This document shows, in pieces, positions 62,397 to 64,000 of a stretch of DNA of 64,000 nucleotides. A program made the position numbers and the translations under genes. Under the pieces are notes generated by a model. The model did no database searches. It was not told the origin of the DNA and worked only from the letters and a program-made list of their open reading frames with translations. Position 1 is the stretch's first letter. Each line of letters starts with the position of its first letter. The DNA is from Octopus vulgaris (Eukaryota), in NCBI GenBank assembly GCA_951406725.2, contig OX597814.1, forward strand, positions 128,836,001-128,900,000, in the 5' to 3' direction.

Positions 62397-63424
62397 ACAC
62401 ACACTGACTTAATTGCTACATACTTTTCATTTACTCTCTTTCTCTCTACATGTGTGTGTGTGACACATGTATAATATGCAAAATCTTCCAACTCTTTCAA
62501 CACTTATATATTCCCCACCACCTCACCTACGCCATTCACAACCCTACAAATACCTCCACACACACAGACACACCCACACATGAGCGCACAAGAAACACAC
62601 ATAAACAGCCCTTATCTCAGGAAAATCCTTCCCACACATACTTTTACAAGTACACACATACCTGCCCATTCAAATACATGTTCTTTGCTTCTCATCTAAC
62701 TGTTTCACCTATGACTTCTTTGAGGCAGCTAAGCAGTTGAAAAGTGCTATTTTCCCCACATAACCAAAACACCCTACTCCTTAACCATGTGTGGGTTCAC
62801 TGATTCTGTTGTAGCTGTATTAGCTGTATAGGTAAGGAAAAAAAATCATATCTCGAGGAAGTCACCCCCTTTTGTAATTTTAGCATAGTAACAACCAATA
62901 AAACCAAAGGATGTCTTTCTGTACTGTATGGTCTATAAGCTCTATCATCTTCTTCTTAAATTGATGTAGAGAATTTTGGTCTCTTTTCTAGGGTTCTATG
63001 AACTCAGCAAAATCCTTCTGTTCACAACCCCCTCGCTCAACCAAAATGAAAACTGTTGATTAAAGTTTGCACAGCTGCTGTACAGGCCCTAACATTTGTA
63101 TTTACAATCTCCTATAGTAATTCTTCAATGTTGCATTCTATTATGCTGATTACAGGGCACCATTCCAATATCACATTGATATAATTTTTGAAATAGATGA
63201 GTATCTTGTAACACAGTATAAAAAAAAATTGCAAAAAAAAAAATTATGCAAACTACTAGTGTCAGTACTTGCAAATTTTGATCAAATTTTTATATGCATA
63301 TATTATACTATTTCTAGTTGTGAAATCTAAATATATTTACAATGCCAGATATATTGAGAGAACTATTCTGAAGATATCGCTCTGAATTTGAAGTGGTTAA
63401 AGAGAAATAATATTTTTTTAAAAA

Positions 63425-63730
63425 TTTATGCGCCCTTTTCAAGCCTAGCCAGGCTCATGGGCCCAGTTTCCCGGTTTCTGTGGAGTATGTTTTTCCCCCA
63501 GCTGGACAGGACGCCAGTCCATTGCAGCATTACTCAAGAAACAGGAAGAGAGAGTGGGAGAAAGTTGGGGCAAAAGAATACAACAGGAGTCGCCACCAGC
63601 CCCTGCTGGAGTCTCGTGGAGTTTTAGGTGTTTTCGTTCAATAAACACACACAACGCCCAGTCTGGAAATCGAAACCGTGATCCTCTGACCGCAAGTTCG
63701 CTGCCCTAACCACTGGGCCATTGCGTCTCC
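63425..63730 (-). mobile_element. tRNA-derived SINE sharing its 3' half with family B
   Basis: Minus: A box TGGCCCAGTGG, B box GGTTTCGATTTC, then GCTGCAATGGACTGGCGTCCTGTCCAG..GGCCCATGAGCCTGG. Confidence 0.75.
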
Positions 63731-64000
63731 ACAAAGAGAAATAGCAGCAGAAAAAGACATTAGTGCACAGATGTAATGCTCTTTACATTGGATAAATTGA
63801 TCATACTTATATGTAAATGATAATCTGAAGTAGCACATCATATATGTAAGTTTATGTGTAAGCATGTGTGAATGAAATGATATTTACTTTCATTTTTATT
63901 TACATGCTGAGAGTAAACAAAAGCTTCACCATTGAAACAAATGGTGGCTTTGCTTTGCAGTCCACTTGAAAAGCATGTCTGGGCTTCTTAACATGTCCTG

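Overview
AT-rich, microsatellite-dense eukaryotic DNA, most likely intronic or intergenic. The SINE repertoire resembles octopus/cephalopod repeats (inference from recalled sequences, not a search). No intact host gene is visible; one orphan exon is possible. Almost all short ORFs in the track are translations of SINEs or microsatellites. Real coding remnants are a Penelope-like element (RT plus C-terminal GIY-YIG, about 28.7-30.4 kb, minus), a Ty3/Gypsy integrase with PPT and 3' LTR (43.8-45.2 kb), a mariner fragment and an RTE-derived fragment. The main signal is a set of self-cleaving-ribozyme retroelements. (1) A young, non-coding 360-bp unit (retrozyme-like, probably a circular RNA) is inserted as a head-to-head multimer in the (TA)n tract of a SINE at 35933-37030. 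It carries a variant type I hammerhead, and a second hammerhead-like core is nested on the opposite strand. (2) A short retroposon family (7393-7883 and 2477-2671, minus) starts exactly at G1 of a compact HDV-like fold. (3) A tRNA-headed hammerhead element sits at 48878-49227. (4) Several further intact or decayed hammerheads lie at about 61.9, 43.4, 28.3 and possibly 9.4 kb. All structures were assigned by eye; none was folded computationally or tested.
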